64,000 bases of DNA from an uncultured Acidimicrobiales bacterium (GTDB lineage: Bacteria > Actinomycetota > Acidimicrobiia > Acidimicrobiales > DATKAS01), in NCBI GenBank assembly GCA_963726695.1, contig CAVSDE010000006.1:245209-309208 (forward strand). Direction: 5' to 3'. Positions 8,982-18,683 of this stretch are shown piece by piece. Made by a program: the position numbers and the translations under genes. The notes under the pieces are model-generated. The model ran no database searches. It was not told the DNA's origin and worked only from the letters and a program-made list of their open reading frames with translations. Every line of letters begins with the position of its first letter. Positions within the stretch are counted from its first letter, which is position 1.

Positions 8982-9782
8982 CTACCGAGGGCAGGTCCCG
9001 CGACCTCCGAAGTGATGAAACGCGATCGCCGACACGCTCGCGACTCCGATCGAGTCGACGCCCGGTCGCATGCCGATGCGCGCCCGGTGATGGCACGCCG
9101 CGAGCGACGCCGCACTGAGCCCTGGCCCCTCGGCGCCGAGGACGATGGCGACCCGGTCGGGCGGGTCGATCTGCTCGAGATCGATGTCGCCGGAGGGCGT
9201 GAGCGCGATCGACGCCCGGCCGTCGAGCGCGCCGGGCCCGGCCACCCGGGCGAAGGGCACGTCGAAGATCGCGCCCATCGACACCCGGATCGCTCGGCGG
9301 TAGAGCGGGTCGCAGCAGGACGGGTCGAGCAGCACCGCGTCGATGCCGAGGGCGTCAGCGTTGCGGAAGATGACGCCCATGTTCTCGTGGTCGTTGATGC
9401 CTTCGAGCAGCGCCACGACCGGGGCGTCGGCGAGCAACGCGGCGCCATCCCGGGCCGCGGGCCGAGTCGCGGAAGCGAGCACACCGCGGTGGATGTCGAA
9501 TCCCGCGATCTCGTTCATCACCGATTGCGGCGCGACATAGAGGGGTGAGGGATGGGCGGTGAGCGCGGCGGCGAGGGCACCCAGCGAACCCCATTTCGAC
9601 TCGGCGACGAGTGCCGAACGCATCGAGTAGGACGACCCGAGCAGACGCGCGACGACGTACGCGCCCTCAGCGATGCACACGTCATCGCCCTCGATCGATC
9701 GTCGCAAAGCCGCGTCGTTCAGCGCGCGGTATTCGACGAGGCGCGGGTCGCCCGGATCGTGGATGGTCGTCGGTGCACTCAT
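8982..9782 (-). CDS. TrmH/SpoU family RNA 2'-O-methyltransferase
   Basis: Start at MSAPTTIHDPGDPRLVEYR. SpoU motifs LLEGINDHENMGVIFRNADALG, VAIVLGAEGPGLS, IGMRPGVDSIGVASVSAIAFH. Confidence 0.85.
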   Translation of the reverse strand: MSAPTTIHDPGDPRLVEYRALNDAALRRSIEGDDVCIAEGAYVVARLLGSSYSMRSALVAESKWGSLGALAAALTAHPSPLYVAPQSVMNEIAGFDIHRGVLASATRPAARDGAALLADAPVVALLEGINDHENMGVIFRNADALGIDAVLLDPSCCDPLYRRAIRVSMGAIFDVPFARVAGPGALDGRASIALTPSGDIDLEQIDPPDRVAIVLGAEGPGLSAASLAACHHRARIGMRPGVDSIGVASVSAIAFHHFGGRGTCPR

Positions 9783-10236
9783 GCGACCGGTAGCGTCGCA
9801 CGCAGTGCGGAGGTGCTCACGACCCGATTGCGCAGAGGCAGCGGTCGTGCTGCTCGGCTTCGACGCGTCGCGGAGCCTCGCGTGGCTCGCTCCGCTCGAC
9901 GACGAGGGCAACCGGCACGGCAGCGACCTGTGTCAACGGCACGCCGACGCCATGGTCGTCCCGAAGGGCTGGTGGCTCGACGACCAACGCCTCGCGTCGC
10001 CCCAGCTCTTCACCCCACCCACACCGATTGCTCACTCGGGGCCCGCTGAGGTACCTCCAGTGAGCAAACGGTCGGTGGCGCCGCCGGAGGAGGACCCGCT
10101 GCCGCTCGAGAGTGCCGTGGAGTGGGCGCCTCGGTTCGACAAGACCGACGACCTGGATGGGCTGCTCGACGCGGGCACCCCGCTGCTCGGGCGGGCCTTC
10201 AGCGGTCGGCCTCGGTCACCCGACCGTCCTGGGTGA
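9781..10236 (+). CDS. DUF3499 domain protein (actinobacteria-specific)
   Basis: VRRCSRPDCAEAAVVLLGFDASRSLAWLAPLD...LCQRHADAMVVPKGWWLDD is the DUF3499 signature. An alternative GTG start lies at 9805. Confidence 0.8.
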   Translation: MRPVASHAVRRCSRPDCAEAAVVLLGFDASRSLAWLAPLDDEGNRHGSDLCQRHADAMVVPKGWWLDDQRLASPQLFTPPTPIAHSGPAEVPPVSKRSVAPPEEDPLPLESAVEWAPRFDKTDDLDGLLDAGTPLLGRAFSGRPRSPDRPG

Positions 10237-11074
10237 GCAGCGGGCCGTAGAGGTCTGGCCGTCGATCGCGGAACAACCCCCATCCGGCGCGGTCGGCGCG
10301 AGCGCCCGCGAGGTCGAGCTCGGCCGTGATCGTCGTCGCGCTCGTGCGATCGGCCTCGGCGAGCGGTCGGCCGCGATGGTCGACGATGAAGGACGAGCCG
10401 TAGAACGTGAGCTCGCCTTCGGTGCCGATGCGGTTCGCCGCGGCGAGCGCGACGTGGTTGCACACCGCGTGACCGTCCATCGCCCTGCGCCACATGTCGG
10501 CGGTGTCGTTGTCTGACTGGTCGCCGATCTCGCTGCCGATGGCGGTGGGATAGAGGAGGAGGTCGGCGCCGAGCAGTGCCATCGCGCGCGCCGACTCGGG
10601 GAACCATTGGTCCCAGCAGATGCCGACACCGATGGTGCCATGGCGCGTCTTCCATGCCTTGAACCCGGTGTCGCCAGGGTTGAAGTAGAACTTCTCCTCG
10701 TACCCGGGGCCGTCGGGGATGTGCGACTTGCGGTAGATCCCGAGCACCTCCCCGTCCTCCACGACCGCCACCGAGTTGTAGTGCGCTTGTCCCGCGCGTT
10801 CGAAGAACGAGACGGGCACGACGGTGCCGCGGCCTCTCGTGAGCTTCGCGATTGCCGCGACAGCGGGGTCTTCGTCCAACGGCGACGCCCAGGAGAACCA
10901 GTCCTGGTGCTCGGTCTGGCAGAAGTACGGCCCTTCGAACAGCTCTTGGGGAAGCACGATGTCGGCGCCGTCGTCGATCGCGGCAGACACCAGATCGACC
11001 ATGTCTGCGACGTTCTGCGAGCGGTCTCCTCCGCACGCCTTCTGGATGACCGCGAGCACCGGCCGAGAGTTCAC
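10199..11074 (-). CDS. aguB: N-carbamoylputrescine amidase (CN-hydrolase family)
   Basis: GTG start ([14 protein letters not shown]) overlaps the aguA stop (GTGA). Catalytic context LPQELFEGPYFC, YRKSHIP, IGVGICWDQWFPE. Confidence 0.88.
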   Translation of the reverse strand: MNSRPVLAVIQKACGGDRSQNVADMVDLVSAAIDDGADIVLPQELFEGPYFCQTEHQDWFSWASPLDEDPAVAAIAKLTRGRGTVVPVSFFERAGQAHYNSVAVVEDGEVLGIYRKSHIPDGPGYEEKFYFNPGDTGFKAWKTRHGTIGVGICWDQWFPESARAMALLGADLLLYPTAIGSEIGDQSDNDTADMWRRAMDGHAVCNHVALAAANRIGTEGELTFYGSSFIVDHRGRPLAEADRTSATTITAELDLAGARADRAGWGLFRDRRPDLYGPLLTQDGRVTEADR

Positions 11075-12129
11075 GGCTTCAGGGTACGGCTGGGCACCTG
11101 TTGCGTGATGCAGTGGATGTTGCCCCCACCGAGGAGGATCTCCCGCGCCGGCACCCCGAAGACCGAGCGTTCGGGGAAGAGGCTCGCGAGGATGTCGATC
11201 GCTTCGTCGTCGTGGCGCTCGTCGAACAAGGGCATGACCACAGCGGAGTTCGCGACGTAGAAGTTGACGTACGAACCGGCGAGGCGGTCGCCGGCTGAGC
11301 GTTCCTTGCTTCCGGCTACGACAGCCAAGCCTGCGGCCTCCTCGGCGGTCATGAACAGCGGACCGGGAGAAGGCAGCAGCCGCACGTCGAGCCCGGCCGC
11401 GTCGAGCCGCCGGCGCGCGTCGAGCGACACGGCGTGCTGCGGATCGCTTCGTGTCGTCGGTCCAGGTCAGCACGACGACCCCGGGCGCACGAAGCACACG
11501 AGGTTGTCGATGTGGCCGTCCGTCTCGTCGTTCACGACACCCTCACCGAGCCACACGACGCGGTCGACGCCGAGGTGGTCGCGGAGGTGCTGTTCGATCT
11601 CGGCGCGCGACAGACCCGGGTTGCGATTGCGGTTCAGCAGGCACTGCTCGGTCGTGAGCACCGTGCCCTCCCCGTCGACGTGGATCGAGCCGCCCTCGAG
11701 GATCAGCGGAGCGCGATGCCGCTCGTCGCCCTCGACCTCGAGCACCCGCGCCGCGACCGCGTCGTCCTTTGTCCACGAGTCGTAGAGGCCGCCCCACACG
11801 TTGAACATCCAGTCGATGCCGCAGCGGCCGCCTGAGTCGTCGACGACGAACGTCGGGCCGACGTCGCGCATCCATGCATCGTCGCTCTCGAGCGCGACGA
11901 CCTCCACGTCGGGCCCGAGGAGCAATTGCGCGGACTCGCACAGGCGTGGCGTGGCTCCCATGCGCACGGGCTCGCTCACCGCGATCGCGCGCGCAACTTC
12001 GGCAAACGCCTGCTGCGCGGGGAAGCCACCTTCTCGCCAGGTGTCGCGGCGATGCGGCCAGAGCATCCAGCAGCCGTCGTGGTGGGCCCACTCGGGCGGC
12101 ATGTGGAAGCCGGCCGTTTGCAGGCTCAC
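11071..12129 (-). CDS. aguA: Agmatine deiminase; contains a compensating pair of frame breaks (~11485 and ~11445) that creates an in-frame TGA at 11467
   Basis: N-terminal part [20 protein letters not shown]...[16 protein letters not shown]. The C-terminal part ends [13 protein letters not shown] (catalytic Cys). The family-typical segment [13 protein letters not shown] is readable only in another frame between the two breaks. Confidence 0.8.
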
Positions 12130-14768
12130 TCCAGCGTCGAGCCGCTCTGGCGGATGAGCTTGGCGACGAGCGCAGTCCAGCCGGTCTGGTGCGCGGCGCC
12201 GAGGCCCTTGCCGGTGTCGCCGTGGAAGTACTCGAAGAACGTCATGTGCTCGCGCCAGTGCGGATCGTTGTCGAAGAGCGCGTGCCCGCCGTTCGACGGG
12301 CGGCCGCCCTCGCCCATGAGGAACAGGCTGATGAGCCGGCGGGACAGGTCGGCGGCGACGCCCGAGAGGTCGTCGAACTGCCCCGATCCTGCCGGCAGCT
12401 CCACCGTGAAGTCCGGGCCGAGGTAGTGGTGGAACCGCTGCAACGACTCGATCATCAGGTAGTTGACGGGGAACCACACCGGTCCTCGCCAGTTCGAGTT
12501 GCCGCCGAACATGCCGGTCGTGGACTCGCCGGGTTGGTAGCTGACCGAGTAGTCGTGCCCGCTGAGCATCAGCGAGACCGGATGGGTCTCGTGCACCTTC
12601 GAGAGCGATCGAAGCCCGTGGGGCGACAGGAACTCCTGCTCGTCGAGCATGCGGGCGAGGATCCGACGGAGGCGATTGGGGCCGACCAGCGACAGGAGCC
12701 GCCGCTCGCCGACGCCAGGTTGGTTCACCATGAAGATGTTGGCGCAGAGGTCCGGACGGTTCTTCTGGAACCACATCATGCGCTCGACGAAGTCGGGCAG
12801 CTTCTCGAACACGCGCGGCTCGATCGTCTCGACTGCGAACAGCGGGATCAGACCGACGAAAGACCGAACCTTCAGCGGGATGTTCTGCTGGCCGATGCGC
12901 AGCACGTCGTAGAAGAAGCCGTCGTCCTCGTCCCAGAGCGAGACCCCCTCGCCGCCGAGGTTGTTGGCCGCGTGCGCGATGTAGAGGAAGTGCTCGAAGA
13001 ACTTGGTCGCAACGTCCTCGTAGGCCTGGTTCTGCTGAGCGAGCTCGAGCGCGATGGCGAGCATGTTGAGGCAGTACATCGCCATCCAGCTCGTCGCGTC
13101 TGACTGCGCGAGGCGCCCGCCGTCGGGGAGCGGAGCGGAGCGATCGAAGAGGCCGATGTTGTCGAGACCGAGAAAGCCTCCCTCGAACACGTTGCAGCCC
13201 GGTCGCGTCCTTGCGGTTCACCCACCAGCTGAAGTTGATGAGCAGCTTGTGGAAGATGCGCTCGAGGAACTCGGTGTCCTTCTTGCCGGTGCGCGCGCCG
13301 TCGATCTTGTAGACCCGCCACGCTGCCCACGCGTGCACGGGCGGGTTCACGTCGTTGAACGCCCACTCGTACGCGGGCAGCTGTCCGTTCGGGTGCATGT
13401 ACCACTCGCGGCAGAAGAGGAGCAGCTGCTCCTTCGCGAACTCGGGATCGACGGTGGCCATCGGCAGCATGTGGAACGCGAGGTCCCATGCCGCGTACCA
13501 CGGGTACTCCCACTCGTCGGGCATCGAGATGATGTCCGCGTTGTAGAGGTGGGTCCACTCGTTGTTGCGACCGGCGTCGCGCGATGGCGGCGGCGGCGGC
13601 AGCGCCGGGTCGCCTTCGAGCCACTCGCGGACGTCGTAGCGATAGTGCTTCTTCGCCCAGAGCAACCCGGCGATCGCCCGACGTTGCACGCTGCGCAGCG
13701 GGCTGCCTGCGGGCAGGTCGGGCGCGAGGTATTCGTAGAAGTCGTCGGCCTCTGCCCCGCGCTCGGCGACGACCTCGTCGAAGTCTGTGCCGACACCGTC
13801 GCCTTCAGGGGCCACGTTGGTCAGTCGAAGGCGCACCTGCACCGTCTCGCCCGCGGGCACGTCGAATCGGTACCAGGCGGCTCCCTTCGTGCCGAACCGT
13901 GCGGGGTTCACCGTCTCGGCACCGTTGACGACGTGGTCGTTGATGCCGTCCTTCGGGAATGGGGTCGAGTTGTGCTGGCCCCAGAGACGCTTGACGTTCG
14001 TCTCGTTCTCGCAGAAGAGCAGGTCCGGATCACCCTCAGCCACAAGCCAGCGGGTGCCGAGCGAACCGTGGGTCAGCTCGATCGTGTTGCGACTGACCGC
14101 TCGAAGCTGGGGATGGCGATTGTCGCGTCCCCACGACCAGGTGTTGCGGAACCAGATCGTCGGCAAGAGGTGGAGCGGAGCGGTGTCGGGACCACGGTTC
14201 GTCGCGTGGATGACGATGCAGATGTCGTCGGGCGAAGCCTTCGCGTAGGTCGATCTCGACGTCGAAGTAACGCGACTCCTCGAACACGCCGGTGTCGACG
14301 AGCTCGAACTCGTCGAGCTCGACGGCTGCGCCCGCGGTTCGCCTCGACGAGCTGCTCGTACGGGAACGCGCGCTGGGGGTACTTGTAGAGCCAGCGCATG
14401 TAGGAGTGGGTCGGCGTCGAGTCGAGCGCCCACCAGTACTCCTTTGCGTCCTCTCCGTGGTTCCCCTCGGCGTTGGTGAGGCCGTAGAGGCGCTCCTTCA
14501 GGATCGCGTCGTTGCCGTTCCAGAGTGCGAGCGCGAAGCAGAGGTGCTGCCAGTGGTCGCTGATGCCGCCGAGGCCGTCCTCGCCCCAGCGATAGGCCCG
14601 CGACCGCGCGTGGTCGTGAGGAAGGAAGTCCCACGCGTTGCCGCTGTCGCTGTAGTCCTCGCGCACGGTTCCCCATTGGCGGGCGGCGAGATACGGCCCC
14701 CAGCGGCGCCACAACGCCACCCGTGTGCGGTCTTCTTCCAGGCGGCGTTGTTCAGCGTCAGTGGCCAT
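12126..14768 (-). pseudogene. GH63-family (MGH1-like) glucosidase, ~880 aa, at least 3 frame breaks (~14325, ~14247, ~13197)
   Basis: Pieces in three frames join into one collinear protein: [20 protein letters not shown].., [39 protein letters not shown]...[26 protein letters not shown]...[15 protein letters not shown]. The stop overlaps the aguA GTG. Confidence 0.75.
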
Positions 14769-14824
14769 GAGTCGGCGCAGTCTAGGAAGGACCTCGCGAC
14801 GCTGCCGGGGTAGCGTCGAGAGCA

Positions 14825-15936
14825 GTGACGATCGAGCGGGAATTCGTCGGTCTGCCTTCGCCGGTCGCGGGACGCGGTGGGGCAGGCGGGCATCCGTGCC
14901 AGGGCCTCTACCACCGACCTGCGGGTCAACGACCGACGACCGTGTTCATCGCAACGCACTACAACGTCGACTTCAGCGAGCACTACCTCGCGGAGTACCT
15001 CGCCGAACGCGGGTACGGGTTCCTTGGGTGGAACACCCGCTTCAGAGGGAACGAGGCCTACTTCCTCGCCGACCATGCTCTGGTCGACATCGGAGTGGGT
15101 GTGCGCTGGCTTCGAGAAGTCGCGGGAGTCGAGCGCGTCGTGCTGTTCGGGAATTCGGGTGGCGGTTCCCTCATGGCCTTGTACCAGTCGCAGGCGGTGC
15201 GGCCTTCGGTGACCGCGGCTCCCGGTCTGAAGGTCACGGAGGCTGCGCTCTCATTGCTCCCCGGCGACCTCTACGTGTCGGTCGCGTCGCATCCCGGGCG
15301 GCCCGAGGTGTTGACCGCATGGATGGACCCGAGCGTCACCGACGAGCACGATCCCGTCGGTGCCGACCCCGAGCTCGACATGTACGACGAGCGCAACGGG
15401 CCCCCGTATCGCGTCGACTTCATCGGCCGGTACCGAGCCGCGCAGGTCGAGCGCAACCGACGCATCAGCGTGTGGGCCCACGGCGAGCTCGGCCGGCTCG
15501 CTTCCTATGGGTTGTCCGATCGATTGTTCGTCGTGCGCCGCACCTGGGCTGACCTTCGCTTCGTCGACGGCGACATCGATCCCTCGAACCGCACGGTGCC
15601 CCTGTGCTACGCGGGAGATCCCCGACGTGCCAACAGCGGCGTCTTCGGCATCGGCCAGGTGAACACCCTGCGCACATGGCTCTCGATGTGGAGCCTCGAC
15701 GACTCACCCTGCAGCGCCGCCAAGCACCTGCCGGTCATCGACCTGCCCGCGTCGTCGTGCAGGCCGACGCCGACACCGGCGTGTTCCCCAGTGACGCGGA
15801 GGGCATCTACGACGGCCTCGGCTCCTCCGACAAGCACATGCTCACGCTGACCGGAGACCACTACTTCCTGTCGCCCGACACCGCGCGCGATGAGCCCGCC
15901 GATGCCGTCGCCGGTTGGGTCGGGGAGCGGAGCTGA
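14825..15936 (+). CDS. Alpha/beta hydrolase, one frame break near 15750
   Basis: Nucleophile elbow [12 protein letters not shown]. The C-terminal part [38 protein letters not shown] is in the frame of track ORF 15604-15936. Confidence 0.7.
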
Positions 15937-15985
15937 GGACCTTCGTCCCTGGCGGCGGTCGAGATCCGACGCTCATGGTTGGGCA

Positions 15986-16563
15986 ATGAAGGTCATGCTG
16001 ATCGAAAGTGTCCCGAGCGGCGACCCGTCGGTCGCAGACGAGCTGCGATCCCGAGGTCATGAGGTCGTCCGTTGCTACGAGAGCAACGCTGAGCCGTTCC
16101 CCTGCGTGGGAGTGACGTCTCCCGATCGCTGTCCGCTGTGTCGGCCGACGTCGCCGTGGCGTGCGTTGTCCGAGAGTTCGGTGTGTTCGACCCGACGCCC
16201 TTTGAGGCCGGTGTGACCTGCGCCCTGCGCAGCCGAGTCCCGGTCGTGGTGGAGGATTCCGCGACGTCACCGTTCGGCGGCTTCGCCGTCGATGCCAAAG
16301 GTGACCTGGTCGGTACCGCAGAACGTGTGGCGAGCGAGTCGCTGGTCGGGCATGCCGACGTGCTTCGATCGTTCTTCAGATCGACACCTGTGATGGATGT
16401 CGACGTGCGCCGCCGCGATGGCGATCTGAAGGTGACCCTGACGCTCCCCAAGTCCGCTTCCGAATGGGCGATGCAGTACGTCACCTCACGTGCCGCTGGC
16501 GTGCTTCGGGAGTACGACCGTCACGTCCCGCGGATCGATGTCGCCGTGAGGCGGGCCTCGTAG
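15986..16563 (+). CDS. Hypothetical protein, one frame break near 16130
   Basis: MKVMLIESVPSGDPSVADELRSRGHEVVRCYE... (frame 2) continues as SADVAVACVVREFGVFDPTPFEAGV... (track ORF 16138-16563). No family recognised. Confidence 0.45.
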
Positions 16564-17256
16564 TCGTCCGCGAGGGCATTGAGCGCGGCCGCACCGTCGC
16601 CGCTGAACGACGAGCCGTGCATCACCGCGATCGTGGCGGGCCCGAGGTCGGCCAGTCGCCGCATCGTCGGTGCCGTGTTCGGCGTGAGGCAGGTGGCCAC
16701 GAACATGTCTTCGGCCTGTGAAGCCGCGGCCGACGATGTCGTCGGTCGTCAGCGGCGCGGGGTCACCGAGGTTCGAGAACAGGTCGCCGGCGAACAGCGT
16801 CTTCGTCGTCTCGTCGTAGAGCACCCGTGCCTCCCAGCCGTGGGGGACGTGCGGCGTGTCGATGTGACGGATCCGGTGAGAGCCGAGCTCGAGCACCTCG
16901 CCGTCCGCGAGCGCCCTCGGCGGCCGGTCGCACAAGTCGTTGAGCGACACCATGCATCCCATGGCGCCGTGCGCGACCTCGGCTTGAGGCGCGGCGGCGA
17001 GCAGGTGGTTCATCGACCCGCACTCATCCGACTCGACGTGGCCGAAGGTGATCCACCGCAGGCGCTCGGTCGGGATGATCGACGCGATCGCCTCGTTGAC
17101 GAGCGGGAACATGCCTCGCGGGCCCGTGTGGAACAGCAGGGGCTGCTCGTCGTCGATCAGGAACTGGTTGAAGGTGAAGCCGGTCGGGCCGACCTCGGGT
17201 ACGAACGTGGAGAGGCGGTAGGTGTGATCGGCGATCTCGGTGACTCGGGTCTGCAT
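16521..17256 (-). CDS. MBL-fold metallo-hydrolase (flavorubredoxin/ODP-like N-terminal domain), one frame break near 16715
   Basis: FTFNQFLIDDEQPLLFHTG...ITFGHVESDECGSMN...IDTPHVPHGW. The tail MFVATCLTPNTAPTMRRLADLGPATIAVMHGSSF is in the frame of ORF 16521-16706. Confidence 0.7.
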
Positions 17257-17284
17257 GGCGTGTCCTTCTTTCAGACTGGGATCT

Positions 17285-18043
17285 TCAGAGGGGAAGGGGG
17301 TTGCTGAGGACGCCGTCGCCGTGAGCGCGCTCGGCGAGGGTGCGAAGGAACTCGACGGCGTCGAGGGTCACGGTGTCGCCGCCGTCGCCGTACTTGAAGC
17401 TGCCGCCCGCCGGTCCGGTGAGGTGGAGCGTGAAGGGCACGTCGTACACGGCGGCCCACTCGGCGACGTAGTCCTCCATGAGGCGGCCATCGTGCTCGGC
17501 GTCGAAGTCGAGCCCGTACCCGATGGATTCGCAGATGTCGACGCGGTGCATCCACACGTCACGCGTGAAGCCCAGGTCGAAGAGGTAGGCGAGCGGTTGC
17601 TTGCCGATGACCGGCAGGTTCAGCAGCTTGCGGTTGGCGATGAGGCGCGGCATCTTCGTGCGTGACCGCACGGCCTTCGGATAAGTGGCCTCCCACTCCG
17701 CGATGAGCTCGTCGGTCGAGAGCGATGCCCGCTCGCGCACCTGCACCTCGTTCATCCCGTCCCACCAGAACTGCCCGCCGATCTCGGCCGTGACCGGCTT
17801 GCCCTTGCGCTTCTGGCGGAAGAACTCGCGAGGCGAGACCTGGCCGGCCGCGGAGCCCACGACGTGGGCAGCGATGGCGCGCACATCCCAGATCGAGCAG
17901 TCGGTGGGCTTCGACCAGTCGGCGGGAGCGATGGTGCGAAGCAGCGCGGCGAACTTCGCGTCCTCGGCGGTCGCGAGTCGCATCGCCTCGTCGTGCTGGA
18001 TCCGGGGGATGGTCCTGACGTCGCGGGTGGTGGTCATGGTCAT
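17285..18043 (-). CDS. Maleylpyruvate-isomerase-family mycothiol-dependent enzyme (MDMPI/DinB-like N-domain)
   Basis: Start MTMTTTRD overlaps the TetR stop (ATGA). DCSIWDVRAIAAHVVG motif and overall length fit TIGR03083-type proteins. Confidence 0.85.
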   Translation of the reverse strand: MTMTTTRDVRTIPRIQHDEAMRLATAEDAKFAALLRTIAPADWSKPTDCSIWDVRAIAAHVVGSAAGQVSPREFFRQKRKGKPVTAEIGGQFWWDGMNEVQVRERASLSTDELIAEWEATYPKAVRSRTKMPRLIANRKLLNLPVIGKQPLAYLFDLGFTRDVWMHRVDICESIGYGLDFDAEHDGRLMEDYVAEWAAVYDVPFTLHLTGPAGGSFKYGDGGDTVTLDAVEFLRTLAERAHGDGVLSNPLPL

Positions 18044-18636
18044 CGGGCAGCCTTTCGGTTCGAGTCGAGAGAAGCGAAGAACATGGTGAGCACGCGGTCG
18101 GTGAGGCGGATCCACCGGTCGCCGCCGGGGTCGTTGGCGATCTGCTGATCAGCGAGTCCCGCGATGAGGGCCGTGAAGAGATCGAAGTCGGCTTGGTCGG
18201 TGACGCCCGCTGCGGCGAGGCGGGCGCGTCCGTGTTCGTAGAACTCGAGGGCGACCGCGTACGACGCGTCAGACGGCGTGAACCCGGGGATCAGCCGTTG
18301 GAACAGGAGGTAGTAGCGGACGAGGTCGGCGTTCGAGAACTCCAACAGCATGCGAACGAAGTTCCTGACGTCCTCGCGTGGATCATCGGCGACGGGAAGC
18401 GCAGCGGTCGCGGCGAGAAGGGCGCGGTTGCCGTCCGCGAACATCGCGTCGTAGAGGGCGTGCTTCGAGTCGAAGTACGCGTAGAGCGAGGGTTGGCGCA
18501 GCTCGACCATCTTCGCGAGGTCGCGCAACGAGATGCCGCCGAGGCCATCGCGGTGCGCCAGCGTCCAGGCCGCAGCGATGATCTGCTCGCGCTTGGCCTC
18601 CTTGCGGCGGGCCCGAGGGTCAGTGTCTTCTATCAC
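18040..18636 (-). CDS. TetR/AcrR family transcriptional regulator
   Basis: N-terminal HTH REQIIAAAWTLAHRDGLGGISLRDLAKMVELRQPSLYAYFDSKHALYDAMF. GTG start at 18636. Confidence 0.9.
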   Translation of the reverse strand: MIEDTDPRARRKEAKREQIIAAAWTLAHRDGLGGISLRDLAKMVELRQPSLYAYFDSKHALYDAMFADGNRALLAATAALPVADDPREDVRNFVRMLLEFSNADLVRYYLLFQRLIPGFTPSDASYAVALEFYEHGRARLAAAGVTDQADFDLFTALIAGLADQQIANDPGGDRWIRLTDRVLTMFFASLDSNRKAAR

Positions 18637-18661
18637 TGATAGGTTATCTATCAGTGATAGA
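18629..18661. promoter_or_regulatory. Two tandem tetO-like 15-bp palindromic operators (TCTATCAcTGATAGg at 18629-18643, TCTATCAgTGATAGA at 18647-18661)
   Basis: A perfect 14-nt inverted repeat with a 5-nt spacer in an otherwise GC-rich context. O1 is centred on the TetR GTG start codon. O2 overlaps a candidate -10 (TAGATA, minus strand 18650-18645) that lies 18 nt downstream of TTGACG (18674-18669), which implies a leaderless transcript. Confidence 0.6.
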
Positions 18662-18683
18662 TAAGGCTCGTCAAGGGGTATTT

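Noticed and set aside
9780-9783. Divergent TrmH and DUF3499 start codons overlapping on opposite strands (CATG)
   Set aside because: This is probably an annotation-choice effect. DUF3499 has an equally plausible GTG at 9805 (VRRCSRPDC, the usual family N-terminus), which removes the overlap.
11467-14712. 1081-aa minus-strand ORF as one protein
   Set aside because: It is composite. Its middle is genuine GH63 sequence and its tail is genuine AguA. Between them it runs out of frame over the GH63 C-terminal part (Arg/Pro-rich nonsense). The real genes are 12126-14768 and 11071-12129.
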